Shown in pieces: positions 16,125-25,380 of a DNA stretch of 32,000 nt. The stretch is from assembly GCA_026625185.1 (NCBI GenBank), contig CP113000.1, positions 1,785,622-1,817,621 of the forward strand, given 5' to 3'. Source of the stretch: Thermodesulfobacteriota bacterium. GTDB taxonomy: Bacteria > Desulfobacterota > WTBG01 > JAGOGO01. The stretch's first letter is position 1; each line of letters starts with the position of its first letter. The position numbers were made by a program, and so were the translations under genes. The notes below the pieces were generated by a model. The model searched no databases. It worked only from the letters and a program-made list of their open reading frames with translations, and had not been told where the DNA came from.

Positions 16125-17378
16125 ATGGAAAAAATAATTATCCAAGGCCGAAAAAAAATATCCGGGAAAGTTAACATAGCCGGCGCAAAAAATGCCGCTC
16201 TCCCGCTTATGGCAGCTTCTCTTTTAGTTGATGGGTGGAATACCTTTTCCAATGTCCCGGTTCTCCGGGACATCCGGACCGCTCGATTACTTCTCGAGCA
16301 CTTGGGGGTAGAGGTTAAAAATGGAAAGGAGATCCAGATTAACGCGAAAGGACTCCATAGCTATACTGCTCCTTATGAATTGGTAAAAACCATGAGGGCT
16401 TCCATCCTGGTTTTGGGACCCCTTTTGGCCCGGCTGAAACAGGTAAAAGTCTCTTTGCCCGGGGGCTGCGCTATCGGAGCCCGGCCGGTTGATCAGCACC
16501 TAAAGGGTTTCGAACTCATGGGGGTAAAGATCGAAATCGAACATGGTTACATCAAGGCTAAGACAAGAGGGCTCAAGGGAGCAAAAATTTATTTTGATGT
16601 CTCTACGGTTACGGGCACTGAAAATTTAATGATGGCTGCTTCTCTGGCGAAGGGGACAACCATACTCCATAATGCCGCTCAAGAGCCGGAAGTAGTAGAG
16701 TTAGCCCAGGTTCTTAACAAGATGGGCGCTCAGATTGACGGCGCCGGTTCTGAGGTGATTACGATTGAAGGTGTGAGCGCGCTTAAACCGGTTACCCACG
16801 AGATAATGCCGGACCGAATTGAGGCGGGCACATTCTTGGTCGCCGGCGCTTTAGCAGGAGGAACCGTGGAGGTCGCGCCCAGTATCCCTTCCCACCTGGC
16901 TGCTTTACTCCAAAAACTTGAAGAAGCAAATGTTAAACTGGAAACAAAAGAAAACAGTATTACGGTCAAAGGAGGGGGATCATTAAAAGGAGCTAATGTA
17001 ACGACTCTTCCTTTTCCAGGTTTTCCGACGGATATGCAGGCTCAGTTTATGGTGCTGCTTTCCCTATCGGAAGGGATGAGTGCCATAACTGAAACCGTCT
17101 TTGAAAACCGGTTTATCCATGTTAGTGAACTTCAACGGATGGGCGCGGACATTGAAATCAAAGGTAACACTGCTATTGTGCGAGGGGTAAAACACTTAAG
17201 CGGGGCTACGGTGATGGCGTCTGATCTTCGGGCAAGCGCGTCCCTTATCTTAGCCGGGCTGGCGGCACGGGGCACTACTGAAGTGACGAGGATCTATCAT
17301 ATTGACCGGGGATATGAAGCGATTGAAGAAAAACTGCGGGGACTGGGTGCTGAACTTGAGCGGGTAAAAGACTCATAA
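16125..17378 (+). CDS. murA: UDP-N-acetylglucosamine 1-carboxyvinyltransferase
   Basis: GAKNAALPLMAASLL, the active-site loop LPGGCAIGARPVDQH, and full-length EPSP-synthase-fold similarity. Confidence 0.97.
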   Translation: MEKIIIQGRKKISGKVNIAGAKNAALPLMAASLLVDGWNTFSNVPVLRDIRTARLLLEHLGVEVKNGKEIQINAKGLHSYTAPYELVKTMRASILVLGPLLARLKQVKVSLPGGCAIGARPVDQHLKGFELMGVKIEIEHGYIKAKTRGLKGAKIYFDVSTVTGTENLMMAASLAKGTTILHNAAQEPEVVELAQVLNKMGAQIDGAGSEVITIEGVSALKPVTHEIMPDRIEAGTFLVAGALAGGTVEVAPSIPSHLAALLQKLEEANVKLETKENSITVKGGGSLKGANVTTLPFPGFPTDMQAQFMVLLSLSEGMSAITETVFENRFIHVSELQRMGADIEIKGNTAIVRGVKHLSGATVMASDLRASASLILAGLAARGTTEVTRIYHIDRGYEAIEEKLRGLGAELERVKDS

Positions 17379-17389
17379 AGGAAAGGATC

Positions 17390-18685
17390 ATGAAGGTCTT
17401 ACGAACTGATAATAAAAAAATTTTTGAAGAACTCAAAAAAAGACACCGTGTTTCGCATGATCACCTTAAAGCTGTTGAGACAAGGGTCCGGGGGATTATC
17501 AACACCGTTAGAACTCGAGGTGATAAGGCGTTATTAGACTACACGGCGTGTTTCGACGGGGTAAAACTGACAAAAAAAAATCTTCAGGTCTCGAAAGCTG
17601 AAATTGAAACTGCGTGGAGAAACGCCTCTTCAGAAGATAAAAAAAGTTTAAACCTCGCAAAGAAGAGGATAGAAAAATTTCATTGCCAGGAATTAACTCA
17701 TTCCTGGAAAATTGCCGGCAGCGGAGGCGAGGCGCTCGGACAGAAGGTCGTTCCTCTGGAAAAAGTCGGCATCTACGTTCCGGGAGGCAAGGCGTCTTAT
17801 CCTTCGTCAGTGCTTATGAGCGCAATTCCGGCGCACGTGGCCGGGGTTTCAGAAATCATTATGGTTACTCCTCCATCCCCAAAGGGGATAAATCTCTTTA
17901 CCTTAGTTGCCGCTCGAATCTGTGGGATAAAGAAGATTTTTAAAGTTGGCGGTGCCCAGGCCATCGCGGCTTTGGCGTATGGTACCGAAACTATCCCGCA
18001 GGTGGATAAAATCGTCGGGCCAGGAAATATCTTCGTGGCTTTGGCCAAAAAAATGGTTTCAGGAGAAGTGGGCATTGATATGATCGCGGGACCGAGTGAA
18101 ATCCTGGTCATCGCTGACGGCAGCGCTCGTCCCGAATTTATTGCCGCGGATCTTTTATCGCAAGCTGAGCATGACGAAGAAGCGCAGGTAATTTTAATGA
18201 CGCCTTCCCAAGCCTTAGCGGCACGAGTTCAGGACGAAATAAATCTCTTGATGGAAAAACTTCCGCGAAAAGAAATTCTTCGCAAAGCTTTAAAAAGATA
18301 TGGGTTGATTATTATCACGAAAAACATTTCGGACGCAGTTGCGTTGTCAAACAAAGTGGCGCCTGAACATCTCCTTCTCGCGGTTAAAGACCCGTATCGC
18401 CTGCTTGAAAAGGTGAAAAACGCGGGGTCGGTATTTTTGGGGCATTTCTCTCCGGTGGCTGCCGGAGATTACCTGGCCGGACCTAACCATGTCCTGCCGA
18501 CCTCAGGAACAGCCCGGTTTTCTTCACCCCTCGGTGTTTATGACTTTGTGAAGTTTATCAGCTTTACTCATTTAAACCAGGCGCAGTTAAAAAAATTGGG
18601 AAACGATATCATGCGGCTTGCCCGCATAGAGGGTTTAGAGGCTCATGCTCGTTCAGTCGAACTCCGATTAAGTAAGCCTCGTTAG
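17390..18685 (+). CDS. hisD: Histidinol dehydrogenase
   Basis: Motifs [15 protein letters not shown] and [13 protein letters not shown]. It starts 11 nt after murA. Confidence 0.97.
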   Translation: MKVLRTDNKKIFEELKKRHRVSHDHLKAVETRVRGIINTVRTRGDKALLDYTACFDGVKLTKKNLQVSKAEIETAWRNASSEDKKSLNLAKKRIEKFHCQELTHSWKIAGSGGEALGQKVVPLEKVGIYVPGGKASYPSSVLMSAIPAHVAGVSEIIMVTPPSPKGINLFTLVAARICGIKKIFKVGGAQAIAALAYGTETIPQVDKIVGPGNIFVALAKKMVSGEVGIDMIAGPSEILVIADGSARPEFIAADLLSQAEHDEEAQVILMTPSQALAARVQDEINLLMEKLPRKEILRKALKRYGLIIITKNISDAVALSNKVAPEHLLLAVKDPYRLLEKVKNAGSVFLGHFSPVAAGDYLAGPNHVLPTSGTARFSSPLGVYDFVKFISFTHLNQAQLKKLGNDIMRLARIEGLEAHARSVELRLSKPR

Positions 18686-18780
18686 CTTTTTAACATCTAA
18701 CTGGACAAGCCGGGCTTTGCTAATGGGATAAGGCTTAACCCACGCAAGGTGCTTAAAAAATAGCGCGAAAGGCGTGAACA

Positions 18781-20199
18781 GTGGTGCTTTCAACAGCGGG
18801 TGACATTCTAAAAAAACATCCCGTCATTAAAGGTGTCGACCGGGTTTCACAAGAAGTTGAAACACCAATTTATCTGGTTGGCGGCGCTGTTCGTGACCTG
18901 CTTATGGGCATTGCGCCGGAAAAAGATTTCGACTTTGTGATGAAAGATAACCTGGTAAAATCAGCTCGTCTTTTTTCTCGTCTTTTTGAAGGAAGTTTTT
19001 TCCCCTTAAGTTCTGATCCTCCCAACTATCGGGTGGTTTTATTACATACTAATCAGCGGATAGAAGTAGATTTTTCGGGGTTTCGAGGTGATGATCTCTG
19101 TCACGATTTAAACAACCGGGACTTTACGGTGAATGCTATTGCGCTTGAGGTAGGTGACCTCTATCGGGAAGGCGGGATTAAGCTTTATGATCCTTTAGGG
19201 GGGGAGCGGGATATCCAAACCAAGGTGTTGCGCCTGGCTTCGCCTTGTGCTTTTGATCAAGATCCTCTTCGTATCCTTCGCGCGGTCCGCATTGCCAAAG
19301 AGCGAAACCTTCACATTGATAGTGAGACCAGAGAAGCAATCTATCGGCAAAGAAACCGACTTAACTCGGTTTCAGCGGAAAGGATTCGGAGCGAATTTTT
19401 CAAAATCCTGAGTTTTTCCGACGCGCCGGAATCCTTGAAACTCCTTGATGAATTGGGCTTGTTAAGCATCCTTATTCCGGAAACAGAGGCGCTTAAAAGG
19501 AAAAATCTGGAATCTCCCGGCGATCTATCCTGGTGGCGCCATTCCCTGTGCGTGGTTCGCTGGTGTGAATGGAGCCTGGTCAACCTCGAAAAAATTTTTC
19601 CGCATTTCTCTGAATACGTTAAAAACCACCTTGAAGAAGAGCTCGAAGAAGGGGTGGATCGCAAAAGTCTTTTTAAACTGGCAGGGTTTCTTCCTGACCG
19701 GGGAGAAGTTTTTTCCGGGGCAGACGCAATGACAATGGCGGATAATATCGGCCGGAGACTAAGGCTGGGGAAACGGACCGGAAAAGCTTTGCGGAAAATG
19801 GTTAAATACTATGCCCAGGTTTTATCTCTTCGAAAAATGGAAAAACCATCTTCGCGGGTCTTTTTTCAGTTTTTTAAGAACGTGGATCCGGAAGGATTGA
19901 CAGTGCTTCTGCTTGCATGGGCAGAGTATATTGCCGGTGCACCTGAAAGGTTTACACGATCTGAAGACAGTGCCGTGAGAAACTTCTTGGCTGATTTGGT
20001 GAAATTTTCCGTTTATGAGTATCCGCTTATGAGGCCCCTTCTTTCCGGTCAGGAAATCATCGAGAGGTTTGGCCTTCAGGAAGGGAAAGTTGTGGGTGAG
20101 TTGCTGAACGAGGTTGCCCACGCTGAGGCACAAGGCCTCCTTGCGTGTTCGCGGGAGGCGGCGATTTTTGTCGAGGACCTCTTAAGTCATAAAAGCTAA
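18781..20199 (+). CDS. cca: CCA-adding tRNA nucleotidyltransferase / poly(A) polymerase family protein
   Basis: GTG start. Head-domain motifs LVGGAVRDLLMG, DFDF and RDFTVNA. The C-terminal half is divergent, so CCA versus poly(A) specificity is not determinable from sequence alone. Confidence 0.8.
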   Translation: MVLSTAGDILKKHPVIKGVDRVSQEVETPIYLVGGAVRDLLMGIAPEKDFDFVMKDNLVKSARLFSRLFEGSFFPLSSDPPNYRVVLLHTNQRIEVDFSGFRGDDLCHDLNNRDFTVNAIALEVGDLYREGGIKLYDPLGGERDIQTKVLRLASPCAFDQDPLRILRAVRIAKERNLHIDSETREAIYRQRNRLNSVSAERIRSEFFKILSFSDAPESLKLLDELGLLSILIPETEALKRKNLESPGDLSWWRHSLCVVRWCEWSLVNLEKIFPHFSEYVKNHLEEELEEGVDRKSLFKLAGFLPDRGEVFSGADAMTMADNIGRRLRLGKRTGKALRKMVKYYAQVLSLRKMEKPSSRVFFQFFKNVDPEGLTVLLLAWAEYIAGAPERFTRSEDSAVRNFLADLVKFSVYEYPLMRPLLSGQEIIERFGLQEGKVVGELLNEVAHAEAQGLLACSREAAIFVEDLLSHKS

Positions 20200-20300
20200 T
20201 TCTGTTAAAAGAATTTTACACGAGGCATTTATCTTGTTATTAACGGGAACAATGAATTGATTGGAATTTTGACGGAATGCGTTTCCGGATAAACTTCAAT

Positions 20301-20400
20301 TGCACCCTCGCCCTGACCCTCTCCCCCTGAGGGAGAGGGGGTTTTTCTAAATTTTTTCCCCTTCCTCTCCCCTTGGGGAGAGGATTGAGGCGAGGGTGCA
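20301..20400. repeat. GGGAGAGG-hairpin palindromic repeat, locus A
   Basis: Outer inverted repeat TGCACCCTCGCC (20301-20312) / GGCGAGGGTGCA (20389-20400). It encloses two hairpins: CCCTCTCCC-cctga-GGGAGAGGG (20317-20339) and CCTCTCCCC-tt-GGGGAGAGG (20364-20383). Confidence 0.7.
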
Positions 20401-20465
20401 TTATGTCATTATATTTATGCCCTAATATTAATATCAACACCTTAATGATTTATAGTGATGAAATA

Positions 20466-21242
20466 ATGGCGAAAATGTTTTTCCCGTTTTGTGCCTTTTT
20501 GTTTGGAAGTATAATAGGAAGTTTCCTTAATGTTTGTATCCTCCGCCTTCCCCAAAAAAAATCATTGCTTTTCCCTTCGTCACATTGCCCCCATTGCCGG
20601 CAGCCGATTCGTTTTTATGACAACATTCCTCTCATAAGTTATTTTGTGCTCCGGGGTAAGTGTCGCTTCTGCGGGCAGCCGATCTCTCCACAGTATGTCA
20701 TAGTGGAATTATTAACGGCGCTTTTTTCCCTGATTTTATTTCTTCACTATTCCTTAACCGAATATGGTATCTACTTTGCTTTTTTCTCCAGTCTCGTGGT
20801 GGTAGCCTTTATTGATTTAGAACATCAGATAATCCCTGACACTATCTCCTTGCCCGGTATAGGAGCGGGTTTTCTGGCTTCCTTTGTTTTGCCCCGCATC
20901 ACCTACCTTGATTCATTGGTCGGGATCGCCCTCGGAGGAGGGATTCTTTACTTCGTGGCCCTGGGATACTACCTGATCACGAAAACCGAAGGGATGGGGA
21001 TGGGGGATGTCAAGCTTCTGGCCATGATCGGCGCTTTTTTGGGCGGTAAAGCGGTGGTCATTACTATTTTCCTCAGCGCTTTTTTGGGCGCGGTGGTTGG
21101 GGTTGCCATTATGGCGACTAAAGGGAAAAGCAGAAAGTACGCAATACCCTATGGACCTTTTCTGTCGATAGGAGCGCTATTAAGTCTTTTTTGGGGTGAT
21201 GTTTTACTTGCCTGGTATCATCACTTCCTGACGGGGAGATAA
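20466..21242 (+). CDS. pilD: Prepilin peptidase / N-methyltransferase (A24 family)
   Basis: Start is set at MAKMFF (ATG 20466), because the track's upstream extension is a translation of the repeat. Zn-motif CPHCRQPI...CRFCGQPI, and catalytic Asp motifs FIDLEH and GMGDVKL. Confidence 0.93.
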   Translation: MAKMFFPFCAFLFGSIIGSFLNVCILRLPQKKSLLFPSSHCPHCRQPIRFYDNIPLISYFVLRGKCRFCGQPISPQYVIVELLTALFSLILFLHYSLTEYGIYFAFFSSLVVVAFIDLEHQIIPDTISLPGIGAGFLASFVLPRITYLDSLVGIALGGGILYFVALGYYLITKTEGMGMGDVKLLAMIGAFLGGKAVVITIFLSAFLGAVVGVAIMATKGKSRKYAIPYGPFLSIGALLSLFWGDVLLAWYHHFLTGR

Positions 21243-21248
21243 AACCTG

Positions 21249-22934
21249 ATGGTAAAGCCCGGCCTTCGGTGGCAAATTGTTTTTACCCTTATTTTCGTAA
21301 TGGTAACCGCCAGTTTTCTTATTGGCCTGGTGGTGATGAGTGTAACCAAAAAAACCATTGTCAACCAAAAAATGGACGGAGCCATCTCTTTACGCAATGC
21401 TTTTCAAAACAGCATCAACGCCATAGCCTACGGCGATGATGATTTTTATCACAATAAAGAAAAGAACTGGCAGGTGCAGCGCCTGATTAAGCTGTTCAGC
21501 CTGGAAAAGGGGGTGGAGAACATCTTAATCGTTGACCTCTTCGGGAAGGTCATCGCGTCGAGCGATCCTCTTCTGATCGGGACGTCCCTTCAGGACCGGA
21601 ATTTAAAGGAGGTCATTAATGCTGGTCCTGCCTATTCTGAATTATCTCAGGCCAAGCGAATCTTATTTAAAAAAACAAATAAAGAACTATCGTTTTTTTC
21701 TCCCTTTTATTTCAAAAATCAAAACATAGGGGCGATGAGGATTACCCTGTCTTTAGGAGAGATGCAAGCAGTAATCAACAAGTCTTATAAACTTATCCTG
21801 GCCTATATCATCTTTACTGCGACACTGGTAACGTTTTTTGGAATTTCCCTTTTCTCGCGCTTAATTGTCCGTCCGATCAAAAAGCTCGTAAAGACAACCG
21901 AAGCCATTGGCGAAGGGGATTATGACCCAAACAAATTCGAAACCAGCCGAAATGAGATAGGTCAACTTTCCTTTGCTTTCAGTCGGATGGCGGAAAGAAT
22001 TAATGAACACCAGGGCCAGCTTCGAGCTCAGATTGAATCTCTCGAAAAACTCAATCGAAAACTCCAGCAGTCACAGAAAGAATTGATTGCTGAAGAGAAG
22101 TTGGCCTTAGTAGGGAAGCTTGTGGCCGGAGTCGCTCATGAAATCGGCAATCCTTTGAGCGCGATCCTGGGATATGTCAGCCTTTTACAAACACAAGAAA
22201 ACGCGAATCAAGACTCGGCTGATTATCTTAAGCGGATAGAGCAGGAGCTTAATCGAATCAATAAGACCATTCGAGAACTTTTAGATTTTTCCCGATTGAA
22301 AAAAGTGGAAAAAACCAAGGTTGACATTAAGCAGGTTATTGAAAACTCTCTATCTTTACTCAAACACCAGAGAAAGTTTCAAAACATCACGCTTACGAAG
22401 CATATCGAGAAAGATCTCTGGCTGGTGGAAGGAGATGAGCACCAGCTTCAGCAGGTATTTCTCAATGTGCTTCTCAATGCGGGAGAAGCGCTGGGGGAGA
22501 AAGGGAAATTGGCGGTTCTTGCCGATCGGGTGGTTTGGCAGGGAGGTTCTTTGAGGCGCGTAAACTCCTCGATGCCTGAGAATATTTTTCCCGGTGTTCC
22601 GGAGTTTGGTTTTGGGGGAAAGGAGGTTTGCCTGAACGATGTTCTTTTTTTTGAAAACCAATCGCTGGTGAGGATTATTTTTGCTGATAATGGAGAAGGG
22701 ATTGAGCAGGAAAATCTTAATAAAATCTTTGATCCTTTCTTTACCACGCGGGAGCCGGGAAAAGGAACCGGATTAGGCTTAGCGATTTGCAACCGCATTC
22801 TGGAATCGTTTGGGGGAGGCATTTTGGCGCGCAGCGAGGTCAAGAAAGGCAGCGCGTTTCTTGTGCTTCTGCCGGCAATAAACCCCGTGAGAAGTCTTTC
22901 ACTCGAGGAATCTAACCCGTGTGAAACCGTGTAA
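21249..22934 (+). CDS. Membrane sensor histidine kinase (2 TM, periplasmic domain, HAMP, HisKA, HATPase) in the PilS position
   Basis: H-box VAHEIGNPLSAI, N-box LNVLLNAGEA, G-boxes DNGEGI and GTGLGLA. It lies directly upstream of the sigma-54 response regulator. Its topology differs from the 6-TM Pseudomonas PilS. Confidence 0.85.
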   Translation: MVKPGLRWQIVFTLIFVMVTASFLIGLVVMSVTKKTIVNQKMDGAISLRNAFQNSINAIAYGDDDFYHNKEKNWQVQRLIKLFSLEKGVENILIVDLFGKVIASSDPLLIGTSLQDRNLKEVINAGPAYSELSQAKRILFKKTNKELSFFSPFYFKNQNIGAMRITLSLGEMQAVINKSYKLILAYIIFTATLVTFFGISLFSRLIVRPIKKLVKTTEAIGEGDYDPNKFETSRNEIGQLSFAFSRMAERINEHQGQLRAQIESLEKLNRKLQQSQKELIAEEKLALVGKLVAGVAHEIGNPLSAILGYVSLLQTQENANQDSADYLKRIEQELNRINKTIRELLDFSRLKKVEKTKVDIKQVIENSLSLLKHQRKFQNITLTKHIEKDLWLVEGDEHQLQQVFLNVLLNAGEALGEKGKLAVLADRVVWQGGSLRRVNSSMPENIFPGVPEFGFGGKEVCLNDVLFFENQSLVRIIFADNGEGIEQENLNKIFDPFFTTREPGKGTGLGLAICNRILESFGGGILARSEVKKGSAFLVLLPAINPVRSLSLEESNPCETV

Positions 22935-23017
22935 GAATTTTTGAAACCCCGTGCTTCGTAACCTTGTTAGCCGGTTGATGTCTAATAGGGTTTCTCACGG
23001 GGTAAAAGGGGAAAGCC

Positions 23018-24388
23018 ATGGATAAAGGGCGGGTCTTAGTGGTCGATGATGAAGAAAATATGCGGCATATGCTTGCCCAGATTTTGAAGAAGGGAGGTTA
23101 CAGCGTTGATGCCGCTCACAACGGTGAAGAAGCGTTAAAACGTATCGAAGAAAGCGTGTTTGACGTGGTCCTGTGTGACGTTCGAATGCCCGCTATGGAC
23201 GGTCTTGAATTTCTTAAAGCGGCGCGAAGCAAAAAATTGGATGTCCCCGTCATTATGATGTCCGCTTACAGCACAGTGGATTTGGCGGTTGAGGCGATGA
23301 AGCTCGGCGCTTCCGACTATATTTCCAAGCCTTTTAAAGTCGACGAAGTGCTGGTAAAATTAAAGCGGGTTGACGAACAAGAAAAAATACGGCAAGAAAA
23401 TATTCACCTTAAGAAGGAGGTTCAAGAAGAACTTCGGTTTGGGAATATTATTGCCCGGAGCCTTAATATGAAAGAGATCTTCGATACCATCGAAAAAGTT
23501 GCCGGCTATAAAACCACTGTTCTTATTGTGGGAGAAAGCGGCACCGGGAAAGAGTTGCTCGCCCGCGCCGTTCATTACCACAGCCCCCGAGCCGAGAAAC
23601 CTTTTGTCGCCATCAACTGCGGAGCAATTCCGGAAAATCTTCTGGAAAGCGAATTGTTCGGTCATCACAAGGGCTCATTTACCGACGCGGTTCGGACCAA
23701 AAGAGGTCTTTTTGAGGAGGCCCATGAGGGAACATTGTTTTTAGATGAAATCGGCGAGCTTCCTATTCTGCTTCAGGTAAAACTTCTCCGCGCTTTGCAG
23801 GAAGAGGAGATCCGCCGGGTAGGAGAAAATCAACCCATCAAAGTGGATGTGAGAATTGTTGCGGCAACGGTCCATGACCTGGCGCAAAAAGCTCAGGAGG
23901 GTTCATTCCGATCTGACCTTTTTTATCGGCTCAATGTTTTGACGCTGAGGATTCCCCCTTTAAGGGAAAGACAGGAGGATATTCCCCTGTTAGTTAACCA
24001 CTTCCTGCAGAAATTCAACCGGAAACTGGAAACCAGAATAGAAAAGATTGCTCCCGAAGCCTTTCGGCTCCTGCTCAATTATAACTGGCCCGGAAATGTG
24101 AGGGAGCTTGAAAATGTTGTTGAACGAGCGATTATTTTAAGTAATAATAATTTTATTACTGAAGAAGCGCTCCCCCTGGAATTAAGAAATGTGTCTTCCG
24201 CTGAATCCGCTTCTTTTTCGTCGAATGAGTTTTCATTAAAAAAGGCCAGTCGCTTACTGGAGATCGAGTTGATCAAAAAAACTCTTAAGAAGACCAATGG
24301 TAATCACACCCAGGCAGCCAAAATTTTGGAAATAAGCCTTCGGGCGCTTTTATACAAACTGAAAAAATACAAACTAAATAAACTTTGA
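23018..24388 (+). CDS. pilR: Sigma-54-dependent response regulator (REC, AAA+, Fis-type HTH), PilR-like by context
   Basis: REC domain with the DVRMPAMDG phospho-acceptor region. Walker A GESGTGKE, Walker B LFLDEIGE, a GAFTGA-equivalent loop GSFTDA, and C-terminal HTH GNHTQAAKILEISLRALLYKLKKY. Confidence 0.85.
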   Translation: MDKGRVLVVDDEENMRHMLAQILKKGGYSVDAAHNGEEALKRIEESVFDVVLCDVRMPAMDGLEFLKAARSKKLDVPVIMMSAYSTVDLAVEAMKLGASDYISKPFKVDEVLVKLKRVDEQEKIRQENIHLKKEVQEELRFGNIIARSLNMKEIFDTIEKVAGYKTTVLIVGESGTGKELLARAVHYHSPRAEKPFVAINCGAIPENLLESELFGHHKGSFTDAVRTKRGLFEEAHEGTLFLDEIGELPILLQVKLLRALQEEEIRRVGENQPIKVDVRIVAATVHDLAQKAQEGSFRSDLFYRLNVLTLRIPPLRERQEDIPLLVNHFLQKFNRKLETRIEKIAPEAFRLLLNYNWPGNVRELENVVERAIILSNNNFITEEALPLELRNVSSAESASFSSNEFSLKKASRLLEIELIKKTLKKTNGNHTQAAKILEISLRALLYKLKKYKLNKL

Positions 24389-24395
24389 CCGCTTT

Positions 24396-24523
24396 GTAAA
24401 AAGTCAAAATTCGCAGGCTTTGTCATGCTGCCCCTCGACAAGCTCGGGGTGACACACTACATTGTCACGGTGAGCCTGTCGAACCGTCAGGGTGACATCT
24501 CCGAGTTTTTACGGCTTCATCAA
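24396..24523. repeat. MITE-like intergenic element, copy 2 (FYGFIK-type terminus)
   Basis: Left end GTAAAAAGTC (24396-24405). The right end TTTTTACGGCTTCATCAA (24506-24523) is identical to 4814-4831. The interior differs from copy 1 and is rich in TGTCAC/GTGACA half-sites. Confidence 0.55.
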
Positions 24524-24551
24524 GTTTAATTTTAGAAGAAGGGGGATTATT

Positions 24552-25223
24552 ATGAAAAAGGGAAGAAGGGGAATCGCGCAATTTTTGCGGCCTATGAACT
24601 ATTTGCGTAGTTTTATAGGCTCTTTTGTTAGAAACCGGAGATTGAGGTTTTTAAAAAATCTATTAAATTTTAATATATTACAAAATGCCGACCCATTGGC
24701 ATTTAAATTGCAGTCTAACAAGCCGGAATTTAAGGGCAATAATCTGAGTGCCCGGTTTCCTAAGGGGTTTACTCTGGTTGAGATACTTATAGTGGTTGCA
24801 ATTGTTGGGTTTCTGACAGCGATGGCAGCTACGAATATCAGCGTGTGGGTGGAAGCCTTTAGATTTAAAAACACGGTGAGAGAAATCGGAATTACGATGC
24901 AGCTGGCGAGGATGAAAGCGATAGCCAAAGGAGTGGAATATAGAGTGGTGTTTGATCTGGACGCGGAAACCTTTTCCCTTGAAAGGGGAAACCAGGCGGA
25001 TGGCTCAAATACGTGGATGAGAGAAGGGGTGGTGACCGATGTTTCTTCTTGGGCTGATATTGCCTTTGTTAATAGTTACGCCACCGGTATGCATAACAAA
25101 CAGTTTAATCCCAACGGCACGTCCAGCACCGGCTCGATTCGCCTTACGAATACCCGAGGAAAAAAATACAAAATAACGTTGACCACCGCCACCGGGCATA
25201 TCAATGTTGACGAAGGATGGTAA
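24552..25223 (+). CDS. fimT: FimT/FimU (GspH-domain) type IV minor pilin; 5' end uncertain
   Basis: Class III signal motif KG|FTLVEILIVVAIVGF (Phe codon at 24768), followed by the GspH-like ...NTVREIGITMQLARMKAIAKGVEYRVVFD. ATG 24552 has a strong AAGGGGG SD but implies a 72-aa leader. An alternative CTG 24744 gives an 8-aa leader (see findings). Confidence 0.8.
   Translation: MKKGRRGIAQFLRPMNYLRSFIGSFVRNRRLRFLKNLLNFNILQNADPLAFKLQSNKPEFKGNNLSARFPKGFTLVEILIVVAIVGFLTAMAATNISVWVEAFRFKNTVREIGITMQLARMKAIAKGVEYRVVFDLDAETFSLERGNQADGSNTWMREGVVTDVSSWADIAFVNSYATGMHNKQFNPNGTSSTGSIRLTNTRGKKYKITLTTATGHINVDEGW
24697..24712 (+). promoter_or_regulatory. Sigma-54 (-24/-12) promoter
   Basis: TGGCAT-ttaaa-TTGCA fits TGGCAC-N5-TTGCW with exact spacing. 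It lies downstream of the sigma-54 activator gene, upstream of the prepilin cleavage motif, and is preceded by an AT-rich tract (24650-24690). Confidence 0.6.
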
Positions 25224-25271
25224 AATTTCGTCTGAAAGTGATTTATTGAGAAATACCAAAGCCTTTGTATT

Positions 25272-25380
25272 TTCCCTCTCCCACAATTGGGGGAGAGGTT
25301 CAGACTGGGGGGGGGAGAAAACTCGTTTAATGCCCCCCTCACCTAAATCCTTTCCCCTCAAGGGGAGAGGAAGGTTCTTT
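25272..25380. repeat. GGGAGAGG-hairpin palindromic repeat, locus B
   Basis: Hairpin CCTCTCCC-acaattgg-GGGAGAGG (25275-25298). There is a G9/C6 pair, and a second unit CCCCTCACCTAAATCCTTTCCCCTCAAGGGGAGAGG (25345-25380) colinear with 20304-20339. Confidence 0.6.

Noticed and set aside
20240-20465. ORF 20240-20440 (minus, 66 aa) and the 31-codon 5' extension of the pilD ORF from 20373
   Set aside because: Both are translations of the GGGAGAGG palindromic repeat (PLPKGRGRG and GERVRARV type peptides). The conserved prepilin peptidase sequence starts at MAKMFF (20466).
22935-23017. Alternative pairings GAAACCC/GGGTTTC and CCCCGTG/CACGGGG between the kinase and regulator genes, considered as an attenuator or pseudoknot
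   Set aside because: The stems are short (7 bp), there is no T-run, and there is no leader peptide. The evidence is insufficient to call a regulatory RNA.
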